This document shows, one piece after another, positions 10,225 through 21,799 of a stretch of 25,411 nucleotides of DNA. The stretch is from Ginkgo biloba (lineage: Eukaryota > Plantae > Ginkgophyta), in NCBI GenBank assembly GCA_024626585.2, contig JANKJI020000004.1, forward strand, positions 11,051,315 to 11,076,725, in the 5' to 3' direction. The notes beneath the pieces were generated by a model that saw nothing but the letters and a program-made list of their open reading frames with translations, searched no databases and had not been told where the DNA came from. Numbering within the stretch: the stretch's first letter is position 1; each line of letters opens with the position of its first letter. A program made the position numbers and the translations under genes.

Positions 10225-11010
10225 ATGGAATAAAAAATTTTGATAGAATTGCAAGCTATGAGGGCTGAGCTCCAAGAGATAAAAGAAGAAAGGAAGAAGC
10301 TAGAGGTACCCATTCTGACATATACATTGGAAGGAAGTAGGAAGAGTTTGAAGGATAGGAAGAGCCACCAATAGTGCCTGCAAAAGAAGAGCCTGTCAAT
10401 TTAGAAAAGCTAGATCAAGAGGTTTAAGACACTATAGAGTAATCCGATGACGATCAGGATCCAAAGCATAAGAGGAGTTGACAACTTTGGAAATTGATTT
10501 AGTCAACAAGGTAATTGGAGAATGTTTAGATTTTGTACTTTGACGAACGAATTATGCAATCCTCTTCCCAAGCATAGGTACAATTTGTTGATACATTCTT
10601 CACCTCATTTGAAATCATAGAGGAGCATAGAGTTCCAATAATGACTTTCGTCTAGTAACTTTCTTAAGAATGGTGAAATGGCATCTAGACCAAGATGAAA
10701 TTTGACATGAGACAACGTATGATCTCATGTGATGAAATGAGGGACATTATGTTGAGGAAGTATACGCCATAGAATGACTTGCAACAAGCTTACAGTCAGT
10801 TGTTGGTAAGTAAGCATATAGGTACTATTCAAGTGTTCAATAATAAATTAGATGTCTTTTTACTAGACTGTCTTTGCTACCCATTCCATTCCAAGTGTAC
10901 CACTTGTAGGTGGTTTGAATATTAATATTTGACAAAATATAGTTGTGACAAGACCTCAAACCTCGGAGGAAGTAATAAATGCAACCTTGCAAGTTGATGT
11001 TGCATAGTTT
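10225..11010 (+). pseudogene. gag: Gypsy gag remnant
   Basis: ATG at 10225 (ME*KILIELQAMRAELQEIKEERKKLE). Later EMRDIMLRKYTP*NDLQQAYSQLLVSKHIGTIQVFNNKL...GGLNINI*QNIVVTRPQTSEEVINATLQVD, a retrotransposon gag capsid pattern. Confidence 0.75.
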
Positions 11011-11244
11011 AGTTAAGTTGAAATGGCCAAGCAATCATTCCAAGAGAAGGAGCGACCATCATTTTAGAAGACTTTATTCAAGTCTGGAAAGAAGTTGTCT
11101 AGCTAGAAACATTTCTTCCCCAAGCCATCTAAGGAGAATCTTGGGGATAATCCCCAAGGTTTCAAGAAGCCACCTATCAAGTTTTATGAGTTTTAAGGCA
11201 ACCCTTTTAGGCAACAATGTCCTTGCCTGAAGAAGAATCAAATG

Positions 11245-11848
11245 CTCAACAAAGTTAGAAGGTAGTCATTGTGATTTCCCAGAATTTTTGTGGGGAAAAC
11301 AAGTGGGAGTTAAGGGTCTGCCCTTGATTGCTTGGGACATATGCACCATGCCCAAGGCTAGTGGAGATTAGGGAATAATTGACATCAAGGCACAAGGAGA
11401 AACTTTAGCAGAAAAATGGATGGTTCATGCTATTCATGGTGAACCGCCATGGAAGGTACGTGTATGACATAGAATTGTTATAGCCACTCACTAGATGGGA
11501 ATTAAAGGCCCATTTTTTCTATGTGATGTATTGAGTGAAGCATCTTCCTTTACACCAGTAGGATCTCAAGTCCTCAAGAGTCTTTGGAAAGATTGGAAGT
11601 TGATTTCTACACAATTACTTTGGGAAGTGGAAGGCCCAAGAAATGGGTGGGATTTGGCTTCAAGAACCATTTGGACTTTTCCTTCGTCAAGAGGTCAGTT
11701 GGGAATGATTTCAAGCTTCGTAGGTAAGAGACTAGGAAGAAAGGGGATTTTATTCTAGAAAGATCTTTGGGACCAGGATCATCATACATGGAAGAATTGG
11801 AGGGTTCTCAGATGTTCTTTAAACTTATCTTACATAAACAAACCTATT
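11245..11848 (+). mobile_element. L1-type LINE ORF2 fragment (region C-terminal to the RT core)
   Basis: EFLWGKQVGVKGLPLIAWDICTMPKASGD*GIIDIKAQGETLAEKWMV...PWK...GSQVLKSLWKDW matches the plant L1 pattern FLWG..LVAW..C.PK..GGLGI.D....L.AKW. Confidence 0.85.
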
Positions 11849-12689
11849 NNNNNNNNNNNNNNNNNNNNNNNNNNNNNNNNNNNNNNNNNNNNNNNNNNNN
11901 NNNNNNNNNNNNNNNNNNNNNNNNNNNNNNNNNNNNNNNNNNNNNNNNNNNNNNNNNNNNNNNNNNNNNNNNNNNNNNNNNNNNNNNNNNNNNNNNNNNN
12001 NNNNNNNNNNNNNNNNNNNNNNNNNNNNNNNNNNNNNNNNNNNNNNNNNNNNNNNNNNNNNNNNNNNNNNNNNNNNNNNNNNNNNNNNNNNNNNNNNNNN
12101 NNNNNNNNNNNNNNNNNNNNNNNNNNNNNNNNNNNNNNNNNNNNNNNNNNNNNNNNNNNNNNNNNNNNNNNNNNNNNNNNNNNNNNNNNNNNNNNNNNNN
12201 NNNNNNNNNNNNNNNNNNNNNNNNNNNNNNNNNNNNNNNNNNNNNNNNNNNNNNNNNNNNNNNNNNNNNNNNNNNNNNNNNNNNNNNNNNNNNNNNNNNN
12301 NNNNNNNNNNNNNNNNNNNNNNNNNNNNNNNNNNNNNNNNNNNNNNNNNNNNNNNNNNNNNNNNNNNNNNNNNNNNNNNNNNNNNNNNNNNNNNNNNNNN
12401 NNNNNNNNNNNNNNNNNNNNNNNNNNNNNNNNNNNNNNNNNNNNNNNNNNNNNNNNNNNNNNNNNNNNNNNNNNNNNNNNNNNNNNNNNNNNNNNNNNNN
12501 NNNNNNNNNNNNNNNNNNNNNNNNNNNNNNNNNNNNNNNNNNNNNNNNNNNNNNNNNNNNNNNNNNNNNNNNNNNNNNNNNNNNNNNNNNNNNCTTTTGT
12601 TTATTTTAGTAATATAAGCAACATTTTTCAAAAAAAAAACTCTTCCTTAGAGATTAAGTTTGAAACCTTTTAAGCAATTTTAAGATATT

Positions 12690-13388
12690 GAACTATTTCT
12701 TATTAAAGGAAAGATTAATGGTCACGATTCCACCATATTAGTTGATAATCAATGTACTCATAACTTTGCTTTTGAAGAATTTGCAAAAAGGACCAATCTA
12801 AGAACTCAAGAAGCTCCATATGCCTATGTGGTGGAGCTTGTTGATGGGAAGGAAGCCTAGGCCTGAAGGAGTTTGGTGAAAAGGTTTTAATTGTCATTTA
12901 GGACTATAAGGACCCACTTGAATTTTATATCATGAAGATTGGCTAGTTTAATGCTATTTTAGGAAAAAAATAGCTATTGCAGTACTAAATTCACATCTTG
13001 TCGAGGGACCACATTCTTCAATTTAAAGGTAAGAAGTTAAGCTTTATGGTGATAAAGTTGATAATAAAACAATATTAGCTTAAGTTTTTCATTGCAATAG
13101 GGTGGAAAGGAATACAAGTAGTAAAATTTTTGGGTTGTTTATGAAAGAGGCGTTGCTTGAAGGAAACCAAATTCCCACAAAGATGGTGCCTTTGAGTTAG
13201 AGTTTGTTGATGTGTTTTCCAATGAGCTTCCCAAGTGATTTCCCATTGAGTGGGAAGTGGAAAACCAAAGTATGTTAGAGGAGGGATTAAGACCAACTTA
13301 GAGGGTCTCCTACAAACCAATTCATAACAAGAAGGAAGAGGTAGATAAGTAGATCTAATATCTATTTGATCAAGGTGTAACAGTCCTA
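12690..13388 (+). pseudogene. Gypsy protease and start of RT
   Basis: LIKGKINGHDSTILVDNQCTHNF (decayed DSGxTHNF), FNAILGKK*L (D.ILGxxWL), EFVDVFSNELPK*FPIEWEVE...EEVDK*I*YLFDQG. Confidence 0.82.
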
Positions 13389-14162
13389 TCTCTTAAACTT
13401 GCATGCTAACAATATTAAATGCTACAAGAAAAATAAATCATCAAAGTAATATGCATTAAAAAAATATTCATTTATATTAATTACTCAAGTGTTTAAAGTA
13501 AAACCACACATCAAGTTTAAAAGACTACACCATTAGGGGCAAGGTTTGTGATTAGGCAACTCGAACTAGCATCCATTGTTGTTTATTAGCTTGGCTNNNN
13601 NNNNNNNNNNNNNNNNNNNNNNNNNNNNNNNNNNNNNNNNNNNNNNNNNNNNNNNNNNNNNNNNNNNNNNNNNNNNNNNNNNNNNNNNNNNNNNNNTGGA
13701 AATAAGTAATGGCAATGAATATAGATATTAGATAAATCATTAAGAGGAATCCATTGTGATGTTTTGATCCTCGAGGATTTATGGAAACCAACAAGTAAAT
13801 ATTTAAATGGAAAAAAATCAATGGAGTTTATGCATGTTCCAAGATTTAGATGGTTATACAGATTTCTAATAAAAAATTTCTAAAGGAAGAAGAGAGAACA
13901 AATTGTTAAGTGAATAAGCCATTCTAAAATTTATTGTTTTATCCAAGGAATTAGAATAATTAAGGGCAATGATCAACACATGGAGGCATAAGATGTTATA
14001 GCCAAGAAAAGACTAAGAACTTTATCTTGTAAGTAGTGAAATGAAATAAAAGGATAATAAATGAATGTTTAATGTGATAAAGATAATTAAGGGTTTTTGA
14101 TGTGAATTGTGCAATCTCTGAGATAAGTTTAATCTTATGTGGATATTAGTGTTTAATGTCTT

Positions 14163-14179
14163 ACACACACACACACACA
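14163..14179. repeat. (AC)8 microsatellite
   Basis: ACACACACACACACACA read directly. Confidence 0.95.
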
Positions 14180-14210
14180 GAGCAAGTACTATAAGGAAGA
14201 GAAGATATAA

Positions 14211-14395
14211 TTACTGTCAAGAATGATAGGCACTCTTTCTCTCTTTAATATCTTACTTCATTGGCATATTTTTACTCCTCTTAGAAGTCCCCCCCCCCCA
14301 ACACACATAGGCATATTTACTCTCAAGAATGATATGCACTCTTTCTCTCTATAATATCTTACTTTATTGGCATATTTTTGCTCTTCTTCAAACTC
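14211..14395 (+). repeat. Local tandem duplication (~79 bp, period 106) at the left end of the palindrome
   Basis: TTACTSTCAAGAATGATAKGCACTCTTTCTCTCTWTAATATCTTACTTYATTGGCATATTTTT starts at 14211 and again at 14317. The copies are separated by a poly-C/CA linker. Confidence 0.9.
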
Positions 14396-15083
14396 GTAAT
14401 TTTCTTAGTAGAATTTTTTCATGACATAGGAGCTAGGTGTTTCCATGATATAGCATGAATCTGAAGGGAGGAGAGAGAAGAAGAAGTGTTCTAGTCAAAT
14501 TCTATAGGTCTAGAAAGTCATCATTTTTTGTTGAACCAATTTGTTTATACAAAGGAACGATGTCACTTTCATTACAATAACCTTATAATGCATTTTAAAT
14601 GCTAAAATAAATGTTGATGTCTCTTCCTTGATGTAAGGGAGCCTCGGTAGAGGTGTTTTTATAACATCTAACCCTAACCAAACCTACACCATGGAAGAGT
14701 TATGAGTAATTATTATAGCATTTAATTTACTATAAGTTCATTATAACAATGTTGACCTAGTTCCCCTATATGTAAAAATTTGGTTCAATAGAAAACAATG
14801 AGTTTCTAGATCTATAGAATTCACCCAAAACACTTTGTCTTCTCTCTCATCCTTGTAAAACCATTCTGGTTAGCACTAATTAATGTTCTAATGAAGGCAC
14901 ATTACTTTGGGGAATAATTTCGAGTATTAATATCAACAAAATACTTCAGAATCGTGTTATGTCATGAGAACACTCAATTCTTATGGCATATGAAAATTCT
15001 ACTAAGAAAAATAGTGACTTCTAGGAGTATCAAAAATATAATAATAAAATAAGATAATAGAGAGAGAAATAGAACCTATCATT
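14328..15083. repeat. Imperfect ~760-bp palindrome (foldback/MITE-like), centre ~14660
   Basis: 14400-14466 versus the reverse complement of 14944-15010 gives 52/67 identities without gaps. Similarity runs outward to 14328/15083 and inward to ~14660. The right arm has ~95 extra bp (~14850-14943). Confidence 0.88.
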
Positions 15084-15710
15084 AATTAGAATGTTGATTC
15101 CTTATTNNNNNNNNNNNNNNNNNNNNNNNNNNNNNNNNNNNNNNNNNNNNNNNNNNNNNNNNNNNNNNNNNNNNNNNNNNNNNNNNNNNNNNNNNNNNNN
15201 NNNNNNNNNNNNNNNNNNNNNNNNNNNNNNNNNNNNNNNNNNNNNNNNNNNNNNNNNNNNNNNNNNNNNNNNNNNNNNNNNNNNNNNNNNNNNNNNNNNN
15301 NNNNNNNNNNNNNNNNNNNNNNNNNNNNNNNNNNNNNNNNNNNNNNNNNNNNNNNNNNNNNNNNNNNNNNNNNNNNNNNNNNNNNNNNNNNNNNNNNNNN
15401 NNNNNNNNNNNNNNNNNNNNNNNNNNNNNNNNNNNNNNNNNNNNNNNNNNNNNNNNNNNNNNNNNNNNNNNNNNNNNNNNNNNNNNNNNNNNNNNNNNNN
15501 NNNNNNNNNNNNNNNNNNNNNNNNNNNNNNNNNNNNNNNNNNNNNNNNNNNNNNNNNNNNNNNNNNNNNNNNNNNNNNNNNNNNNNNNNNNNNNNNNNNN
15601 NNNNNNNNNNNNNNNNNNNNNNNNNNNNNNNNNNNNNNNNNNNNNNNNNNNNNNNNNNNNNNNNNNNNNNNNNNNNNNNNNNNNNNNNNNNNNNNNNNNN
15701 NNNNNNNNNT

Positions 15711-16225
15711 GGGTCTTGAGAGAGTTATTTCCATTCTTCCTCTTGTCTTCCTCTTGAGTTGATTTCTTGGGGAAAAAAATATTCTTGATAAAGAATTCTT
15801 GCTTGGTTTTAAGATAGGCTTCTTAACTTCTTGTGAATCTATTATCTCTTGTGGTGGTTTCTTCGCAGATTCCTCTTGGTTAAATAGAAAGGCTTCCACT
15901 TGCAAAGAAACATTTAATGCTTGTTCTATATTCTAAGGTTTTGTCATTGCAATATTCTGCTTAATACTTGGTTCCAGTTCATGCATAAAATGGCATGCTT
16001 TAAAAGGCATATTTAGAAGAGATAATCTTGTAACCAAGATCAAATTTCTATCATTTTATTATTGAATAGTACCTATTTTATTAATTGATATCAATTGATT
16101 GTATGCCTCCTAAAGATCATTTTGCAGTTCACACTTCCATGTCATAATATCCTTCATTTCCTTTGGTGCAATCACTTTGCATCTCATGCCATCATCCACT
16201 ATTGTGAGGAAGCCATTCCACTATT
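15711..16225 (-). pseudogene. gag: Gypsy gag remnant homologous to ~10665-11010, inverted
   Basis: Minus strand gives EMKDIMTWKCELQNDL*EAYNQLISINKIGTIQ**NDRNLILVTRLSLLNMPFKACHFMHELEPSIKQNIAMTKP*NIEQALNVSLQVE, which aligns collinearly with the + strand gag. Confidence 0.8.
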
Positions 16226-17866
16226 ATAGACTCACACTAGAGTTTATTAGTACAAGAAGGGAAAATTATATAAAATAATACAAATAGTGTTAATTATTTA
16301 TAATTGCACCCATAAAATAACACAAATACTAGAAAACAGCCCTTTGATTAATGGAACCCTACCCTAAAGGACTTACATCTAAAACTTTAGGGTTTAATTC
16401 CACTATTTGAGAATCTACAAATAAGAAATACAATTCTATTATAAAACTAACCTAAAAACTATAGAAATTTTCATTAATTTATGGTAGATGAATTAAATAC
16501 AAAACTAAGGTTTAAATAATACATACCTTTTTATCAACTTATTTGCATGGGAAGTTTCAATTAGCAATCCCAAATAGTTCTGTGAATAAAACATCTCTTT
16601 TCAGTAGATTTAGGCCTGATAACTTGCTTTCATGCACTCAACAAAGTAAACTTTTTAGCTAGAATGAGGCTTTAGCCTACTAATAACCTTGCATCACCTT
16701 TCCACTTCAATTAGAGAGAATTAATCTGTTAAAACTCCCTAAAATCACCTCTATTAAGGTTGCCTTACATTAAGGAAAGTATCCAAGAATTTATTTGAAC
16801 ATTTAATGCACTGTAATGTAAGTATAACAAAGATGCCCTAGTTCTTCTATATGTAGAAAATAGTTGCAATAGAAACTGATGACTTTTTAGGCACTTCTCT
16901 TTTGTCCTTGCGAAAAAAACTCCAATTTTATCTAATTAGTGTTCTAATATAGGCACCTNNNNNNNNNNNNNNNNNNNNNNNNNNNNNNNNNNNNNNNNNN
17001 NNNNNNNNNNNNNNNNNNNNNNNNNNNNNNNNNNNNNNNNNNNNNNNNNNNNNNNNNNTCCTTAATAGAATTTTCACATGACACAAGATCCATGTTTCTA
17101 AGATATAACATGATTCTAAAGGTTTATTATAAATTTAATACTAAAATTATTAAAGTAGGGTTCCCCCATTAAAACAATAATTAGATATAACCATAATGTT
17201 TGTGCATGAAGGAGCGATAAAATGTGTTCTAGCTTATTTTTATAAGTCTAGAAAGTCATTTTTTCTATTGAACTATATTTTTACACGCAAAGAAATTCAG
17301 TCATTTTCATTCTAGTGACCTTATAGCACATTATATTCTAAAATAATATATCATATTTATTTATTCACGGTAATCTTAATGTAGTATTTTTTAATGGATA
17401 AATTAGCACTAAAATACAGTTTCTAGTATACTAAAAACCCATTTTTGGATGAAAAGTCTACTCTACTAGCTATACAAAGGCAAGTCATTAGGATTAATTC
17501 TATTATAATAAGAAATTTTCATCCATAGAATAATTTAGGATTTATATCCATATAAGTAAGTGGATAAGAAAAAAATATTTGTTAAACCCTAGTTAGGCAT
17601 TTAATTTTACTATCATAAATTCAGAAGTTTTCTATATTTTTTCTTATTAATGTCTAAATAGAATTATATTTATATGCATGTCCTTGTGATGTAATTAAAC
17701 ACGAATTTTATGGATTTAATATCCTTAGGATAGGGAGACCGTATTCAAAGTGTTATTTTATGGTATTCATGATTATTTATAGGTTTAATTATTAATAATT
17801 AATGTTATATGTATTCTTCCATATAAATTTTCCTATATGTAATAATAAACCATAGTGTTAAGTCTA
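16226..17866. repeat. ~1.64-kb diverged inverted repeat (arms 16226-16958 and 17059-17866) around a 100-N gap; same family as 14328-15083
   Basis: 16226-16545 aligns to the reverse complement of ~17550-17866, and 16545-16958 to ~17160-17550. 16740-16958 and 17059-17345 also match the arms of the 14.3-15.1 kb palindrome (e.g. TCTAGAAAGTCAT...TTGAAC). Confidence 0.8.
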
Positions 17867-18932
17867 GGGTGATAGAAGTGATACCTAGAGACTTATTAGG
17901 AGATTTAATGCCTTCGACGAATTTTCCATTATTTGAGGCTTATTTTTTCCTTTGAATGCACCACTTTAAGGGATATTTGTAGTAGGATACGTAAATACCC
18001 TAAAAATACCTCTTGTTTACTAGTCCATAAATTATTGGTATAACTATAGGTTTTGTAATCATTCATGTAGCTATGAATATATTAGTTATTGGTGTATACA
18101 TAACTATGGGTTAGTATTAACAATGTAATAATAATTATAATTGGTAAGTTTTTCCTTAGGTTATATTAGTGTAGCCCCTAGAGTTTAGTCTAGAAACTAT
18201 ATTATTAGNNNNNNNNNNAAGGGGATTGAAACTAGATAATAGTCTAAGAAATTATATCGATTCCAAAAATAATTCATATATAGACCCACTCCTAACATCC
18301 TCATCTAGTGTTGTTTTAACATATGGAGTATAATATATCACTAATACTTATTAGGCACTGATAGTTGTATTTATGTATTAGATTGCTAGTTTCCTACATA
18401 AAAGAACCCCTTAGGGAGTCATTATGGACAATAGTAGGTTATTATGATTTCTAATATAAAACTAATAGTACCCTTACCTTAAACCTACCTATTAATGCAT
18501 TATAACAATAACTATTATGAATAACTATCTCTTAGTTGCTACTAAAAATAAATGTGATTTATCTATGGATGCATTATTACTTTAAAATGCTTGCTTTGTA
18601 GGTCTAACTACATTATTTTTGCAGGTTTAATTAGGATGGGCTATTACAATTTGTAGATCTTAATTAGGGCTAAGATTCTAGTTGTCTTTCTCTATAAAAA
18701 TGTGTTGTTTGGTGATCTTGAAGCAATGTGCAATTTTCAAGGTACATTTTAATTTAATTTCTAAAGTATGGAGGAGACTATTATTTTTTTGGGCTATAGC
18801 ATTACTCCCAACCCCCTTGAGCTCTTTGACCTCAATGAGTCACTTCTATTACAATTTCTTGGTTGCATTTAGTTTGTCCCTTCATGAATAGTTTTGTTCC
18901 TTATGATCCTTTCCTTTGCTTATAAATCATAA

Positions 18933-19120
18933 TTTCTCTTGAATATATCTCCCCTTGTCTTTAACACTGAATTTGTGATCTTGGTCTTTTTCCAATTCTT
19001 GATCTAATGTAAGCTAATTTGTATTTTTCTTGAATATATCTCCTTTTGTCTTCAACACCCAATTTCTGATCTTGGACTTTTGATTCTAATTGTTGATCTA
19101 GTGTACGATGATTTGCATTT
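18933..19120. repeat. Two-copy tandem duplication, period 91
   Basis: TCTTGAATATATCTCCYYTTGTCTTYAACAC...TGATCTTGG...TTGATCTARTGTA, with the GAATATATCT core at 18941 and 19032. Confidence 0.88.
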
Positions 19121-20614
19121 TGCATATGGCTTTTTTAATGTTTGCTTGTGAATTGCTTGAGCCCTTTTCTTTGAATGTCTGCATTGTGTTATTCCTTTCC
19201 TTTCCTAAATCCTCCTTCAATGCTTTCTTTGTCTATTGCTAAAGCCTTTCTAATATTTTCTTTTAACATCTTTGGCTTACTAAAGCCACCATTTTTTTTA
19301 TATTAATATTCAAAGCTCCGATGTAGTGACAAGCCTACACTATTTTTGGCAATTCTAGCATTCAAACCAACATTGATTCTATTTTTAATTGTAATCCCTC
19401 ACTACCTTAACTCATCTGGGTCTAGTCTCCATCACTAATCCAATTGTCCTAATGCTTCTTATTCTAAGGAAGCCTCCTACTTTTGGATGTAGAAAGTTTG
19501 TGATTGCTTCAACTTTTTTTTTAGAATCTTATGCAAATTATATTATAGAATATATAAAAAGGTCATATGAATTACTGACAAACCCTTATACAACTAGAAA
19601 TAAAATTTACTGAACTTTTGTTGATATTTAAATAGGAATTATGATCATACATTATTATTTAATTAATCTTTGGAGTTATTCTATTCAAAACATATGCCAT
19701 CTTATTAAGATACAATTTAGTGAGATATATTTTATTATTATATATATGTTTCATTGAATTCATATTATGAAATACTTATTCATAATTTCTATTAATTGAA
19801 GCAAAGGAAAATGTATCCACATCCTAACAACAAGTGTCTCTAATATGTGGTGAATCATCAAATTATATGTTTATAATATATGGTAATTAGTAAGGCTGAG
19901 AATGTAGCTAATAGAAATATTGACAAATTTCTAAAGATATAATTGACATTCTAACTAGCCAACTTTAACTAATTGTTGAATACTACCCATTTAAAATTTT
20001 GCCTATGATCCAANNNNNNNNNNNNNNNNNNNNNNNNNNNNNNNNNNNNNNNTGTGAATGACTTTTGTGTCAATGGCTTCTCTCACTCCATCCTACCTTT
20101 TTGTCTTTGGATTCTTTCCCATCATATACTTACTAAATATTTTAATGACAATTGAGTAAGGATTGATTTCTTTCTATTATAAGAATTGCATGCCTTAAAC
20201 TACATTTTACCCTCACTTAACCAAGAATGGAAATATGATCTAGTTTCTTAGCCATCAAACTATAACATCTTCAAATATACCATTAGTTTGTCATATTCAT
20301 ATTCCTCTTTCTATTGTCTTGATGATGGTTGCTTGAAGCTTGGCTAACTTAGATTACCAAGTGTGCCTCTCTTCTAAATCCTTTCATGATGCTCTATTTT
20401 AAACTTTCCTTTATTTCTTTTTTTCATCACTTAATTTTTTTTTCTATGGGGCCTCCTCCTGCTTTATTCTTTCTCCTATAGACAAATTCAAACCATGGTC
20501 TTCCACTACCTTGTNNNNNNNNNNNNNNNNNNNNNNNNNNNNNNNNNNNNNNNNNNNNNNNNNNNNNNNNNNNNNNNNNNNNNNNNNNNNNNNNNNNNNN
20601 NNNNNNNNNNNNNN

Positions 20615-21760
20615 CCCTACATCCTCCCAATAATTCATTCTGAAAGCTTGATCTAGAAAGACCAGAAGACCTCCCAAACCAGCCTGGTCCAAGTTCTTCT
20701 TTGAAACCCCATCAAAGAATAAAAGACTCTGCCCATAATTCACCTGAACCTGGAAGTAATCTAACTTATCGATATTCTCCTCTAACCTGTTCTTAGAATT
20801 TGGTAAGCCAGAAGTAGACACACCCCAAGTTGCAAGAGACATAATTTCATCCTCCCTGAGAGGGTTATTCTCCTTTAAATCCATCGCTGAAATGCACTCC
20901 ACTATCATTCTTTTAGTTGCCTCCACTACCCTAATCATTGAAGGCTAACTATCATTAAAAATATGATTGTTCCTTTCCAGCCATAAAAACCACAAGATAA
21001 ATTTTGGAAGAGCTACTCTCGAATATTTCAGAAAATTACTTTTAACCCCTAGTTGTCCATTGGTTTTTAATAACTCGTTCTAGAATTCTTGCAGATTCGA
21101 TATGTGATCAATTTAGATTCCTTCCTTCTAAGGGAAACCTACCATAGCTAAGGACTCCTTCCACACTTCCTTCCTACACCTGCCATCTAGACACAAATGT
21201 TTTACTATCACTTCCTATATCTCGCAAAGAGTACATCTAGAAGGACCTTGAAAGCCCCTCCAACTCAGGTTATCTGATGTTAAAACTGCATTATGGAACG
21301 TTAGCCACAAAAAAAGGTTGGCCTTTGGAAGACTTGGCGTGCTCCAGATGGTCATCCATTTCTTTTCCGCTAATTCTCCCCCCTGACCAACCAAGACCTC
21401 ATAGCCCCCTTGAAAAAAAAAAAAGGTCTGACCCGAAACTCCTACCAATGCCAGACTATCTTCCTTCCCCGAGAGGAAAGGTTCTCTCTTAAGCAGGAAA
21501 TATAACATCCTCTGATAGACACTCTTCAAAGCCTCCAGAAGACTTGGCAATCCTCACAACCTTTCCAGGAAAAGACTGAGAGGGGACCTCTAGGGCTCTC
21601 TACCATATGCTTTTTAACAAAGTCTACCATCCACCATTGACCCCTATTCAAGAAACACTCCCTTAACGATTTTATGTCCAACTCCTTCTGTAAGGGTTTC
21701 ACTGCCAAAAAGGATTCATAAAAAAAAATGAAAGCTCCTACCATCACTTGGCGACCAAGA
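20615..21760 (-). mobile_element. L1-type LINE 3' fragment with zf-RVT and RNase H domains
   Basis: WMTIWSTPSLPKANLFLWLTFHNAVLTSDNLSWRGFQGPSRCTLC (zf-RVT), WFLWLERNNHIFND, and LFFDGVSKKNLDQAGLGG (RNase H, consensus FDGASKGNPGxAGxGG). Confidence 0.9.
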
Positions 21761-21799
21761 AAAATATTTTCAAATCAAGGGAAACCCTTGTATAATATT

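Larger units (their letters stand above)
10018..13388 (+). mobile_element. Degenerate tRNA-iMet-primed Ty3/Gypsy element (chromovirus-like), interrupted by a LINE fragment and a gap
   Basis: LTR end TGTTACA (10188), PBS, gag, then protease and RT start in canonical order on +. Continuity across the 11849-12593 gap is inferred. Confidence 0.7.

Noticed and set aside
11767-12631. Long ORFs of 268-280 aa in the ORF track (also 15091-15905)
   Set aside because: They are open only because they run through N gaps.
14668-14685. CTAACCCTAACCAAACC telomere-like sequence at the palindrome centre
   Set aside because: There are fewer than two full units and the segment aligns as part of the palindrome arm.
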